From positions 1 through 34,155 of the IMG/VR virus record IMGVR_UViG_3300033518_000155: DNA of 34,155 nt; one strand, given 5' to 3'. Below, piece by piece: positions 1 through 9,801 of this stretch. Under the pieces are notes generated by a model that was not told where the DNA came from, ran no database searches, and saw only the letters and a program-made list of their open reading frames with translations. The position numbers and the translations under genes were made by a program. Source of the stretch: a virus. Every line of letters begins with the position of its first letter. Position 1 is the stretch's first letter.

Positions 1-141
1 AATAAAGCTGTATAGGTGTACCAGATGAATCATAGGTAAGTGCATTTAATCCTGCATGGTATTCATCAGTTGATGTAGGAGCGTTTGATATTTTATAGTT
101 TCCTCTAAAGTCTGTTACTAGATACCATTGGTTTGGAATAA
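1..141. repeat. Terminal direct repeat, copy A (identical to 34015..34155): circular-closure overlap or short terminal redundancy
   Basis: Base-by-base identity of aataaagctgtataggtgtacc...ccattggtttggaataa at both window ends; the repeat stops exactly at the window edges. Confidence 0.9.
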
Positions 142-847
142 GTAAGTTGTTAGGTATTAAGTTTTCATAAAGGTCATCTTGTGTTGTAGGTATAGCAGTT
201 TCCATTCTGCCACCAGTTATCTCTACCCACTCGCCATTTTGTCGTCCATAAGTTTTACTATCAGTTGGTGCTTCTTGTACTCCACGATATCCACCTACAA
301 TAATATTCTTATCCGCTTTTTTAATTTGTTCTAGTATTTCATCAAACCCTTTAATTGCAGATATGTCAAGTCTATCATCTCCTTGCAAGAGTTCAAGCAT
401 GTCTCGAATTTCATCTGGCGTAGGTTTTTCAGGTATCTCGTATTCTATCTCGTTTAACTCAACAAGTTCGGCAATCTTTTTATAGTCTTTTTCTGTAATG
501 ATATAGTCTTTACCGTCTTTTGGTTTTAACTTTGATATTTTCTTTTCTGATTTAGTTATGTAATCATTTATAGATTTGTCAAGAGTATCTTGGTTACTAT
601 CTTTAAGCTCCTGAATTGCTTCTCTGAACTCTTCTGCTATTTCTTGACTAAGTAAGTCTATTGTGGTGTTATAACGTTCATTAATTTCACCAAGTATTTT
701 TTTAATAGAAAAATCTACATCAAGTGAGTCATAATGTTTGTTTACAATAGTTTCGACTACTTCTTTTATGTCTTTAAATGAATCAGAAATCTTTTTATCC
801 TGTTCATTTAGTCTTTTTATTAAAATTGCGTTTAATAGGTTATCCAT
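1..847 (-). CDS. Tail fibre, N-terminal part; the gene wraps the junction and continues at 34014 down to 31763 (1032 aa in total)
   Basis: ATG at 847. My translation MDNLLNAILIKRLNEQDKK...KPKDGKDYIITEKDY...EIRDMLELLQGDDRLDISAIKGF...IPNQWYLVTDFRG is stop-free to position 1. The frame matches ORF 31763..33796 (34861-33796=1065, divisible by 3). The KDGKD / L.G..RLD.SAIKG motif is typical of phage fibre N-termini. Confidence 0.8.
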   Translation of the reverse strand, partial: MDNLLNAILIKRLNEQDKKISDSFKDIKEVVETIVNKHYDSLDVDFSIKKILGEINERYNTTIDLLSQEIAEEFREAIQELKDSNQDTLDKSINDYITKSEKKISKLKPKDGKDYIITEKDYKKIAELVELNEIEYEIPEKPTPDEIRDMLELLQGDDRLDISAIKGFDEILEQIKKADKNIIVGGYRGVQEAPTDSKTYGRQNGEWVEITGGRMETAIPTTQDDLYENLIPNNLLIPNQWYLVTDFRGNYKISNAPTSTDEYHAGLNALTYDSSGTPIQLY

Positions 848-854
848 ATTATAT

Positions 855-863
855 ATTATACCA
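855..863 (-). promoter_or_regulatory. Extended -10 promoter TGGTATAAT, 7 nt upstream of the tail-fibre ATG (leaderless-type)
   Basis: Plus strand reads attatacca; the minus strand reads TGGTATAAT-N7-ATG(847). Confidence 0.6.
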
Positions 864-914
864 CATAATATGCAGTATGAGATGTACGAAATAATCGTAC
901 ACCTTAACTGAATG

Positions 915-3389
915 TTATTTATTTGATTTTTTCCAAATTTCTTCTAGTTGTGATTTATGTTTATATTCATCAACAATAGATACCTTAGAAACACTTTCGG
1001 GAAAAATAACAATCTCACCTCTATCAGATAAAACAATTCCATCGTAACCATCTTTTTTGATTTTATCTTCGAATTTACGTATAGCATCTGCTTGTGAAAT
1101 AGATTTTTTTGATTTGCTTCTTACTTTATCAATTATATCAAAATATTCATCTTTTCCGGAATATTTTGTTTTTTTGTTATATACATCAAATAATTTTACA
1201 TTAGATGTATCAAATGCTGTTACCTTACCCGCTTCATCAGCTTGAGTCATTCCAGTATAATCTCCAAATTCATCATAAATCCTTTTTTGTTTAGAAAAGT
1301 ATTCAGCTCCACTTCTATTTGGTGAAAGATATAAACCTTTTCCAAACTGACCACTAGCAATGTTATTACTTGTTACAACAGTGTCTTTTGAATCACCTCT
1401 GTATGATATTTTATTCTTTACAAACTCATCTGCACTCTTATATTTCTTAGCTTCTTTTACAAGAGCATCATCAGATTCTTTGAAAAGAGGATTTTTGATA
1501 TATCCCCCTGATTTCTGTGCAGCTGTCATTTTCTTTTTAGGTACAGATTTCAGTACTTCATTTTCTATTTGTTTAGCTTGACTTCCATTGGTATTTAATA
1601 CATTTCTTATAAATTCAAGTCTGTCTTCTGGTCTTTGTTTTGCTACACGCTCAACAACATCCCCAGCAATTGAACCTATACCATTGATTGGGTTTCGTAA
1701 TCCTTCAGCTAGAGCCTTAGTTCCACGCAACGCCCTTTCTGCTTGTCCTTTTAATCCAGTGATAGCTTGTGTCCCATACACATCTTCTATACGTTCTGCG
1801 ATTTCTGTAAGGTTGTATACATCTGGTCTTTCTGTTTTACCTTTTGAAACTAAATACTTTTGTAAGTCATTAACAGCGTTTTTAAGTTCACCTCGTTTTT
1901 CTGAGTTTGAATATACTCGTCTTAACGCCTGAGCAAATGATTCTTTTGTATTTCCCTTAAATGAATTTTTAAAGTTTTCTACAACACCAATTGCATCCTT
2001 AAATTCTGTATTTACATTATTGTATTCAGGGAAGTTTGAATCAAGAAAATCATCAGCGTCTCTTCGTAGTTTTTGAACTAGTGATTTCGCTTGACCCTGT
2101 AACCCTTCTCCAATTTTTGAACCTTGAATCAATGTGTCAAGAGTTTTTTTGATTCTATGAACAGCGTAAGCATCTTTCTTTCCTGAAGAAATAAAGTTCA
2201 CTGCTTTTGCAATCTCTTTTTGTGCTTGTTCTGATAACGCAAAGTCTGATTCTGAAAAATCAATTTTCGTTTTTCCTGATTCATCAGGAGTTAGTTTAAT
2301 ATTAAACTCTCCAAGAGTGTCATCTACTTTCTGTGTCAATTGCGTAGTATCAATAACTTGACCTTTAAGCGTTTTTGCTACATCGTCAACTCCTTTACCT
2401 ATTTCTTTTTGGATATTAGTAACTTCTTTAAAATCGTCTTGTAGTTTTTTTCCTACAATGTCTATCGGTCGTATGTCACCAACTGACGCCTTACCTGTAC
2501 TTATATCTTCTGCAAGTTGGAACATTTCTTTTGCAACTGGCTTGTCTATATCCTTAATCTCTGAGAATACCCTTGCTTGTTCTGGTTCAAAACCTCGTTT
2601 AACAGCTTCAGAAAATACTTCTTTATTTGTAATATTTTCAGGGACGTCAACTTTTTTACCTAACGAGAAATTTTCCATTTTAGGTAATTTCATATCACTT
2701 GCTGTTTTACCTATTTGAGTTGCTACATCTTCCACTCCTTCGCCAACTGCTGAAAGTCCTTTTTTAGCACCTTTTAATCCAGCTCCAGCACCCGTAACCT
2801 CAAGTATAGCTTCTGCAAATCCAAGTGAAGCTTCTAAGTTAGCTGCGATTTCAGGATTACTTTGTTTAAACGCATTGTATTTAGTTGCTAATTCTGAGAT
2901 TCCTTGTCCTACGTCACTAGCACCAAGTGATTGTACTCCCTGTACCAGCTTATCTTGTACCATCTGTTCGTCTTCAGGTGTTGTAAGAGTTGACGCTGCA
3001 CCTAGAAATAGGTCTCCAACTATTCTAGCTCCTGTTTTTAGCCCTTCCCCAATAGTCTGAAATGTACCAGAAGCAATTGATTGTTCTCCTTCTATTGTCT
3101 TTTGTTGAGCTTCATTTACTCTATCCATACCTTGCTGAAAAGAAGCTTTTATATTTCTTCCTGTCTTTGCAATATCTTGCGGAATATCAGCAATAGTTTC
3201 GCCAAGTCTTCCCATCTGCGTTTCTGATTGTTCAGGGATAAGTCCTACTGCTTTTTTTATTTTATTATTATCAATTCCAGCAATTTCTGAACCTCTACTA
3301 TATAAAGCTCGATAGAAAGAATCTGCGTCGATTCCTTTTTCTTCTGCTTGTTTATATAGTACTTTTATTTGTTCTTTAGTGTAAATCAT
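915..3389 (-). CDS. Large internal virion / ejection-type protein (824 aa) with a C-terminal ADP-ribosyltransferase-like domain
   Basis: Long helical, Gly/Ala-rich N-terminal part (GAGAGLKGAKKGLSAVGEG). It lies between other large virion ORFs and the fibre gene. The C-terminal ~165 aa carries YRG ... GKGLYLSPNRSGAEYF ... GYDGIVLSDRGEIVIFPES. Confidence 0.6.
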   Translation of the reverse strand: MIYTKEQIKVLYKQAEEKGIDADSFYRALYSRGSEIAGIDNNKIKKAVGLIPEQSETQMGRLGETIADIPQDIAKTGRNIKASFQQGMDRVNEAQQKTIEGEQSIASGTFQTIGEGLKTGARIVGDLFLGAASTLTTPEDEQMVQDKLVQGVQSLGASDVGQGISELATKYNAFKQSNPEIAANLEASLGFAEAILEVTGAGAGLKGAKKGLSAVGEGVEDVATQIGKTASDMKLPKMENFSLGKKVDVPENITNKEVFSEAVKRGFEPEQARVFSEIKDIDKPVAKEMFQLAEDISTGKASVGDIRPIDIVGKKLQDDFKEVTNIQKEIGKGVDDVAKTLKGQVIDTTQLTQKVDDTLGEFNIKLTPDESGKTKIDFSESDFALSEQAQKEIAKAVNFISSGKKDAYAVHRIKKTLDTLIQGSKIGEGLQGQAKSLVQKLRRDADDFLDSNFPEYNNVNTEFKDAIGVVENFKNSFKGNTKESFAQALRRVYSNSEKRGELKNAVNDLQKYLVSKGKTERPDVYNLTEIAERIEDVYGTQAITGLKGQAERALRGTKALAEGLRNPINGIGSIAGDVVERVAKQRPEDRLEFIRNVLNTNGSQAKQIENEVLKSVPKKKMTAAQKSGGYIKNPLFKESDDALVKEAKKYKSADEFVKNKISYRGDSKDTVVTSNNIASGQFGKGLYLSPNRSGAEYFSKQKRIYDEFGDYTGMTQADEAGKVTAFDTSNVKLFDVYNKKTKYSGKDEYFDIIDKVRSKSKKSISQADAIRKFEDKIKKDGYDGIVLSDRGEIVIFPESVSKVSIVDEYKHKSQLEEIWKKSNK

Positions 3390-3393
3390 ATAT

Positions 3394-4923
3394 TTAGAAT
3401 CCTATACCTGTTTCTGTTAATGCGTTGCTGAGAGGATTTGACATATTATTACCTCCACTAAGGATAGTTTCAGATGTCTCAAATAACTCATTTGCTCTTC
3501 GGTTAACTACTTCATTTGCGGTATCCTGAATAGCCTTTAATTCACTAGCAACAAAGTCTGGTGAAGCATTAAAATAAATAATCTGTCCGCTTTCATTTCT
3601 TTTAGCTACGTTTGATAACGCAGAGTATGCGTTTGACATTCTCGTTCCTTCTGCATCTGACATACCTGCAAGAGCTACACCATTTGCTTTTGCTTCTGCT
3701 ACAGTTTTCACCCACCCTTCATCAAGAACTTGAGCTACTTTTGCAGTTACCTCTCTTTGTGCTGCTACATCTTTAAATGGATTAGAACCTATAAGTGAAA
3801 CACCACCCGCAAGTCCAAGTGACGCTTGTTTACCTACTTGACCCAATAATGAACCAAGGAACCCTCTTTGGGCACCAGTAACTCCAGATGCAGTATTGAT
3901 TCCTCTTTGGTTTCCTAAAATATTGTTTACTTTTTGGATAGTATCTTTAGAACCATCTACAAGTAATTTTTCCATTCTTGCCATTTCTGCCGCTTCTGCT
4001 TGTTTCTTTTCTGCACTTGCTGAGGAGGCTTGACTTCTTTGGAAGTTGAATTGTTCTCTTTGTAACGAGAGACTTGCTTGAGCCATACGTTTATTAAACT
4101 CTTGCATATCTACCTTAAGCCTAAATTCTGCACCAAGGTATTTTCCTGCTTTATTCAAAGCGTCTTCAAAATTCGTAGCTCCACTTATTTGGTCAAGTGC
4201 CTCTGGTGAAGCTCCATATTGTGCAGCAGTCAATGACATGTTTTGAATCTTTTCTTGCTTTTCCTTCTCATCTGCATAAGCTTGTTCAGTCTGTTTGATT
4301 TGTAGACTAAACTTCTTATCCTGTTCTTTGTTCAAGATTTCTTTGTTCTCTTGATATACAAACTGTTGAAATTCAAGCTTTGATTTTAGTTGAGATGTCT
4401 CAGCGTCTACCTTAGCTTTTACCCACGCCTGAGCGTCTTCAAGTCTCCCTGATTGACTATCACGAATGATTGATAAGTTAGCAAGTTCTCGTGTAGCTAA
4501 TACATTAAGTCGATTTTGTTGACCAGTAATAAAACTTGATGCAATGTTTTGCCCTTCTAGGTTTTGCATTTCAGTACGATACTGTTGAGTCTTTGATGAT
4601 ATAAGACTATCAAGTCGTGTTACATCTTCACGCAATGTTTTAACTCCTGATTGCTCTTCCATCTGAATTTGTCTATTACCTTGATTCCCGAGCAAGTCTG
4701 ATATTTCCTTAAGGTTAGTCATCCCCTCATCGCGAGTTTTAGTAGCTTGGTCAATGTTTTGTTGTGCCGAAGCTATAAATGGCTCAAATGAAAGAGTAGC
4801 ATTTTGTTTTGGTTTGTTTGGAAGTTTAATTGGCTGTTGGTTAGAAAAAGCAACGTCTGGTGATATCGCTGTCTCTTTTGCCTTGTTTGCTTCTTCATTT
4901 GTGTTGATTAGTTTTTCATCCAT
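3394..4923 (-). CDS. Internal virion-type protein (509 aa), coiled-coil and Gly-rich
   Basis: Full-length ORF with a 4-nt gap to the next gene. Q/E-rich coiled-coil middle and a Gly-rich segment (GFLGSLLGQVGKQASLGLAGGVSLIG). The function is inferred from position only. Confidence 0.6.
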   Translation of the reverse strand: MDEKLINTNEEANKAKETAISPDVAFSNQQPIKLPNKPKQNATLSFEPFIASAQQNIDQATKTRDEGMTNLKEISDLLGNQGNRQIQMEEQSGVKTLREDVTRLDSLISSKTQQYRTEMQNLEGQNIASSFITGQQNRLNVLATRELANLSIIRDSQSGRLEDAQAWVKAKVDAETSQLKSKLEFQQFVYQENKEILNKEQDKKFSLQIKQTEQAYADEKEKQEKIQNMSLTAAQYGASPEALDQISGATNFEDALNKAGKYLGAEFRLKVDMQEFNKRMAQASLSLQREQFNFQRSQASSASAEKKQAEAAEMARMEKLLVDGSKDTIQKVNNILGNQRGINTASGVTGAQRGFLGSLLGQVGKQASLGLAGGVSLIGSNPFKDVAAQREVTAKVAQVLDEGWVKTVAEAKANGVALAGMSDAEGTRMSNAYSALSNVAKRNESGQIIYFNASPDFVASELKAIQDTANEVVNRRANELFETSETILSGGNNMSNPLSNALTETGIGF

Positions 4924-4929
4924 ATATTT

Positions 4930-4938
4930 ATTATACCA
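4930..4938 (-). promoter_or_regulatory. Extended -10 promoter TGGTATAAT, 6 nt upstream of the ATG at 4923 (leaderless-type)
   Basis: The minus strand reads TGGTATAAT-AAATAT-ATG. Confidence 0.6.
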
Positions 4939-4946
4939 TATTAAAC

Positions 4947-5720
4947 TTAAGGTGTGACACTTGTTACAATACCATCTACTACAGTGATTTCACTGATATT
5001 ACCCTCATAAGTTATACCAGAACCAGCAGTGACTTCTGTTACAATTCCATTTACTACCTCAATTGAGGCTAATTTACCTGTATGATTTGCACCAGTGTAT
5101 TCAGTAGGATTGAGTGAACTGTCATATTTATTTACCTTTAAAGATTTACCATCTAGAAAGTCAAGAATAATGTTGTTTTGATTAGTGTAAATTGTAAACC
5201 ATGGGGCGTTGTTGTTTTCGTTTCCAATTCCTGTAAATCCATAATCTCTTGATACCAAGCCTACAAGCTCTTGGGTAGCCCCTTTTTTTTGTATTAAAAG
5301 CTTTACGTCTTTATTTTCGTTAATTTCTATTCTGTTTCCGTCTTCATCTACATCATCAATGTAAACAATATACGAGGCATCTGAATTATCGTAACTTGAT
5401 ACTACTGATGCTATACCTGACGTAAGTCGTTTTTCATTACCTCCATCGTGACCAATTTGAATAACATTCTGTTTTCCAGCTTCTTTTTCATTAAAGAACA
5501 TACTTACAACATTGTCAAATTCAGGTCTAAGGGACTTACGAGATTTTAGGTTAAAGTTTTTCTTTAAAATAACTTCCCCTTTATCACTTCTGAAAGTTTC
5601 TCTAGAGGTATTTTGCTGGTTAACTATTTCAGTGTTTAAATCTTTCTTGAATTTCTCAAACTCTCGCCTAAGCGTTGATATTTCATTTTCAAGTTGTTTA
5701 ATTTTAGTATCCTTATCCAT
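4947..5720 (-). CDS. Virion structural protein (257 aa), N-terminal coiled coil
   Basis: ORF with a TAAT-ATG junction to the upstream gene. It has an internal C-terminal repeat VNGIVTEVT / VDGIVTSVT. Confidence 0.6.
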   Translation of the reverse strand: MDKDTKIKQLENEISTLRREFEKFKKDLNTEIVNQQNTSRETFRSDKGEVILKKNFNLKSRKSLRPEFDNVVSMFFNEKEAGKQNVIQIGHDGGNEKRLTSGIASVVSSYDNSDASYIVYIDDVDEDGNRIEINENKDVKLLIQKKGATQELVGLVSRDYGFTGIGNENNNAPWFTIYTNQNNIILDFLDGKSLKVNKYDSSLNPTEYTGANHTGKLASIEVVNGIVTEVTAGSGITYEGNISEITVVDGIVTSVTP

Positions 5721-5721
5721 A

Positions 5722-7917
5722 TTATTGTTCTAGTTGAGTTACTTGAATTTTTAATGGCAACTGAATAGGCGTATTACTATCAGTCCACTTCAATTCTATG
5801 AAGAAGTTAGCTTCACCCTGCAAGTCAGGATATACAACTATCTTTTTTGTTCCTATTTCGTAGTTATCACTATTTACAACGTTTACTGATTTTGTCAATG
5901 TCTCATTATCTACATATGTTGTAATGGTAATGTCAGTATTTTCAGTAACTCCACCTGCTATAGTGAATGCAACTGATTTGACGTTGAATTTACGGGGTAT
6001 TGAGTACAAGTTTGTTCTGAATACAGAGTTTGCATTCCCGCCTGATTGTGCTAGCAAGTCTTCTGACCCTATAACGATATTATTCAGTCCCTTTGTAGCT
6101 AGTGCGAAAGATGTCACTTGTTTATTGTTAGGTGTTCGAGCAATATTATGTACTCCTTTTGGCAATAGCCCATTACGAGAACCAAACGCCATAATTGAGC
6201 CTGATACTTCTGGGTAAGTAGTATTAGTTCCCCATAGTACTCGGTTATTCTCTCCATGTACTGCTCCTGCAAATGGTGGTAATCCATCATCTACATAGTA
6301 GAGTTCATCTATCTGGTCACCTCCACGATATAGCGAGAATGAATACCCTCGAGTGTCACCTCCCCACAAGAAAGGAAAACCATTATGAGTTAGAAGTGCT
6401 GTAGCGTTTGGAAAAGGTAACTTAATTTCTCGATAGAAAGTAGAATCAAACGTATCCCACAAGAATAGTGACGAATGACCTTGGTTAATAGTGTCATCAT
6501 GTGATTTAATAGCTAGTATTGAAATGTCTGTACCAATATTAGACAATGAAGTAGGGTAATAGTCAATAGGTAATCTAACCGTGTTAAAATCTACCATTCC
6601 AACGTTTTCACCCTGACTGAATGATTCAAAGTAAGCAACAGTACTACCTGCAATTTCTATATTCTCATCTTCTATAAATGAACCCTTAGGATTAAATACA
6701 GATAATATAGCTACTCCATCAGAACCTTTCGCACTGCCCTGAAATGGGTACTGAATTATCTTTACGATAGTTGCCTCTGCCTTTGATGTTCTACCTACAA
6801 TTACAGAGTTTGCTTGAATAGTTGAGGCGTTTGCTTGATATAATCGTATTACTCCAAATGATTTAATTGTATGTAATGTACCAATGTCAAAAGATGAAAC
6901 GTCTGATATATACAGATTGTCGTTACCAGCTACAAATGAAGTATGGTTTGGTAAACGTGTTAATCCATTTATAGGATATTGTTTATTTTTGAACTTCTGT
7001 AATCCTACTTTTTCATAGTACGTTTGAAAAGAAAGATTCTTCTTGTTAAACCCTGATGGGATATTCCAAATTGAACCAGTATATCCACGCAAAGTACCAT
7101 ATGAGAGTGCTGCTGCTGTTGTAGTGGTAACTTCTATGTATTCACCAGTTCCAAAAGTTGATTCTTTATCAAATTCTATCCATGAGTTCCCCAAGAAAGC
7201 TGGAGTAACAGGAAGTTGCATTGTAAATATCTGTAAGTCTGTAGTTACGTCAAAATTCTGAGTATGTATTACGTTACCTGAAGGTATATTATCAGCTCCT
7301 AATTGCTTTATTCTTACTCGTATAGTCTGAGTACCAAGAGAAGACTTCATTTGAAATCTTACCCTATTAGATGATTCAATTTCATACTGGTCAGCATTTA
7401 TATATTGAGCGACTGATGAATAAGTTTGACCATTACCGAATGCTACAACATCTTCATTGGTATTAGTTGTTCTCACATAAGGTGTCATGGCAACATAGTT
7501 TTCTAACAAGTCAGCTTCATGAGTTTTATCATCGCATTTAATTCTGTCAAGGTCTGTATCTTTAATGAGATAATAATATCCGTTGTAATATACTGCACCA
7601 TTACCACTTGCATTTGTCAATGTAATAACTGACCATGTTATATCTAAGTTTCCATCAAGAAAATACACCTTTCCTGTATCTGTATAAATTAGGTGTTCAT
7701 CTGTTTTTGAGTTTGGTAATATCCACATTGGGTTTCCATCTATTACAGAAAGAGTTTCGTGTGATATAGGAGATAGTGTACCAGCTATCTTTTGAATAGT
7801 TGACGACACGTCTGCGTCTGGGTCTATTGCTATTGATGATAGATAATCACCACCTGATAGGTATGACGCTGATTGCCCGTTATAAATACTTTCTATTGTG
7901 ATTGTGTTTTCTTGCAT
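5722..7917 (-). CDS. Large tail/nozzle-type structural protein (about 731 aa)
   Basis: The ORF track starts at a GTG at 7935. The first ATG (MQENTITIE) is at 7917 and is preceded by TATAAG/GATAAT -10-like boxes. The protein is beta-rich, and its size and position resemble a podovirus tail tubular B protein (inference). Confidence 0.55.
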   Translation of the reverse strand: MQENTITIESIYNGQSASYLSGGDYLSSIAIDPDADVSSTIQKIAGTLSPISHETLSVIDGNPMWILPNSKTDEHLIYTDTGKVYFLDGNLDITWSVITLTNASGNGAVYYNGYYYLIKDTDLDRIKCDDKTHEADLLENYVAMTPYVRTTNTNEDVVAFGNGQTYSSVAQYINADQYEIESSNRVRFQMKSSLGTQTIRVRIKQLGADNIPSGNVIHTQNFDVTTDLQIFTMQLPVTPAFLGNSWIEFDKESTFGTGEYIEVTTTTAAALSYGTLRGYTGSIWNIPSGFNKKNLSFQTYYEKVGLQKFKNKQYPINGLTRLPNHTSFVAGNDNLYISDVSSFDIGTLHTIKSFGVIRLYQANASTIQANSVIVGRTSKAEATIVKIIQYPFQGSAKGSDGVAILSVFNPKGSFIEDENIEIAGSTVAYFESFSQGENVGMVDFNTVRLPIDYYPTSLSNIGTDISILAIKSHDDTINQGHSSLFLWDTFDSTFYREIKLPFPNATALLTHNGFPFLWGGDTRGYSFSLYRGGDQIDELYYVDDGLPPFAGAVHGENNRVLWGTNTTYPEVSGSIMAFGSRNGLLPKGVHNIARTPNNKQVTSFALATKGLNNIVIGSEDLLAQSGGNANSVFRTNLYSIPRKFNVKSVAFTIAGGVTENTDITITTYVDNETLTKSVNVVNSDNYEIGTKKIVVYPDLQGEANFFIELKWTDSNTPIQLPLKIQVTQLEQ

Positions 7918-7973
7918 ATTATCTCTTATATACACACAGTTAGTATGTGCATATCAGAAACAAGATGTTCTGA

Positions 7974-9635
7974 TTAAAGTCCTAGGTAGTAATTTGAACC
8001 TTTTACCATCCAGTCATGACCTTGTCTATCTGGCAATGATGATGATATGGTACAAGTTTGATTACCTGACGTTGTTGGACGTGTTGTAATGAGTACCTTG
8101 TTAAGAGTAGGCGTTCCTGTTGGAACAAAAGTTCCGTTGTTTCCTGTTGAACCTGATACAACTAAGTCAAAATGGTTTGTATTTAACGTTTGAGTTTGAG
8201 AAACAATATATCCAAGATGTCCTTGTGCTGTTACGTCTTCGATAGAGTTTTCAAAACCTGTGCTAGTAAGGACAACTTTTTTTGCGAAATTGAAAAGAGT
8301 ACTGTTGAAGTAAGCAAATGTGACACCTGTAGTATTTATTGTTGGTAATGAATCTGGGTTTGATTCTAATACATGAGTAGTACCATTATATGTATATATT
8401 TTTATGGTGGTACCTGATGCGGTAAGTATTCTTGTTCCATCAATTATCTTTACCGATGTTTCACCGCCGAGTCCTGATGTGTTGGTTACTAAAGTAGTAG
8501 AACCGCTTGTATATGTAAATCTTGCAATAGAACCTCCACTTGCATGTACAAGAGTAGCAATTCCGTTTGTATTTAATACAAGCCCCACATGATTTAAATA
8601 ACCTGAAATCACTGACGAACTGTAAGTTGCGTCTGCAACTAAGTTTCCTGATATATAAGCGAATCTATCAATAGAAGCTATTGAACCAGCCCCAGTTGCA
8701 ACGTTAGTGGTACTTGCTACATAAAATAGGTTGCCATCAACAAATATATCTGATACGACTTGAACAGTCGCAACAGCTTTAGTAGCATTAAGTGTTACTG
8801 CCCATGTACCTCCTGTTTTTACTAAATAATGAACGTATACAGTCCCTGTTAATGTGTATGCGATAATAGCAGTAGTAGAATTTATGTATCTAACAATTCC
8901 CTCTGTTACGTTTAAGTTTGACACCGTGATAGTTTGATTTACTGTATACACAGTCCCTGACAGTGTCATATCGTAAAAGTAAACGTCTGCTCCGTCTGCT
9001 CGTAAGCCGATAAAACTTACTCCATCTAATGTATCAGAAGAATCTACCGCACTACTTCCCGTGTTAGTTGTTTCCGCTGCAAGCATTTTATGATTAAACT
9101 TAAACTCGCTTTCAAATGAATCAATAAATTTACCTTGTGTAAGAAGTCCTACGGTTTCCTTTGTCTCTGCTACCACGTCTGCTATGGCAGTAGATATAGC
9201 GTTATCCATTGACTGTTTATTTACTGCTTGAGTTGATGTTGTTGGGTCAGGTACAATAGGTGAGCTAGAAAATGTTTTAATTCCTGCGACTGTCTGGTCA
9301 CCTGTAAGAGTTACTTGTGCATCGTTAGTTACGTTTCCAAGACCTACTTGTGTTTTTGTAACACTGTGAGGATTTGATGTATCACCCTCGTGGTCATCAA
9401 GATTATCTTGTACTATTTGAGTTGCTCCAGTCGTCCCAGCCTTTTCACCTTCTGGAATTCCTGAAAGTTTAAAGTCGATACTTGACTCATTAGTGTCATT
9501 CGTAATTCCCACCTTATCTTGCAACGCTTCTACTATTGTAGCAACTAGATTGTGTTCGTTTGGGTGGTCATTAACTACTGGAGTATCATTAACCCAATTC
9601 TTTTTTATTGTTTGTTTGTTTGTTGGATATGCCAT
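7974..9635 (-). CDS. Tail fibre / receptor-binding protein (553 aa)
   Basis: The N-terminal region contains SNPHSVTKTQVGLGNVTNDAQV, the NPH..T..QVGLGNV.N motif common in phage tail fibres. The C-terminal part is a T/S/G-rich beta-repeat. Confidence 0.75.
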   Translation of the reverse strand: MAYPTNKQTIKKNWVNDTPVVNDHPNEHNLVATIVEALQDKVGITNDTNESSIDFKLSGIPEGEKAGTTGATQIVQDNLDDHEGDTSNPHSVTKTQVGLGNVTNDAQVTLTGDQTVAGIKTFSSSPIVPDPTTSTQAVNKQSMDNAISTAIADVVAETKETVGLLTQGKFIDSFESEFKFNHKMLAAETTNTGSSAVDSSDTLDGVSFIGLRADGADVYFYDMTLSGTVYTVNQTITVSNLNVTEGIVRYINSTTAIIAYTLTGTVYVHYLVKTGGTWAVTLNATKAVATVQVVSDIFVDGNLFYVASTTNVATGAGSIASIDRFAYISGNLVADATYSSSVISGYLNHVGLVLNTNGIATLVHASGGSIARFTYTSGSTTLVTNTSGLGGETSVKIIDGTRILTASGTTIKIYTYNGTTHVLESNPDSLPTINTTGVTFAYFNSTLFNFAKKVVLTSTGFENSIEDVTAQGHLGYIVSQTQTLNTNHFDLVVSGSTGNNGTFVPTGTPTLNKVLITTRPTTSGNQTCTISSSLPDRQGHDWMVKGSNYYLGL

Positions 9636-9639
9636 ATAT

Positions 9640-9801
9640 TTAACTTCTTAATTGGTTTTCGTATTCAATACTATCACCCATCTTACCTGCGTATAATGTA
9701 ATTTCTGGTTGGTCTCGTAATCCTCCCGCTAGTACACCTATTTGACCAGCAAGCCAAGTAAGTCCAGCGTTTTTAAATTGATTATTCCATTCTGTACTCA
9801 T
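9640..9801 (-). CDS. Small protein (53 aa), not in the ORF track (below its length cut-off)
   Basis: My translation is MSTEWNNQFKNAGLTWLAGQIGVLAGGLRDQPEITLYAGKMGDSIEYENQLRS. Its ATG overlaps the upstream stop (TAATG), and it fills an otherwise empty 165-nt gap. Confidence 0.5.
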   Translation of the reverse strand: MSTEWNNQFKNAGLTWLAGQIGVLAGGLRDQPEITLYAGKMGDSIEYENQLRS

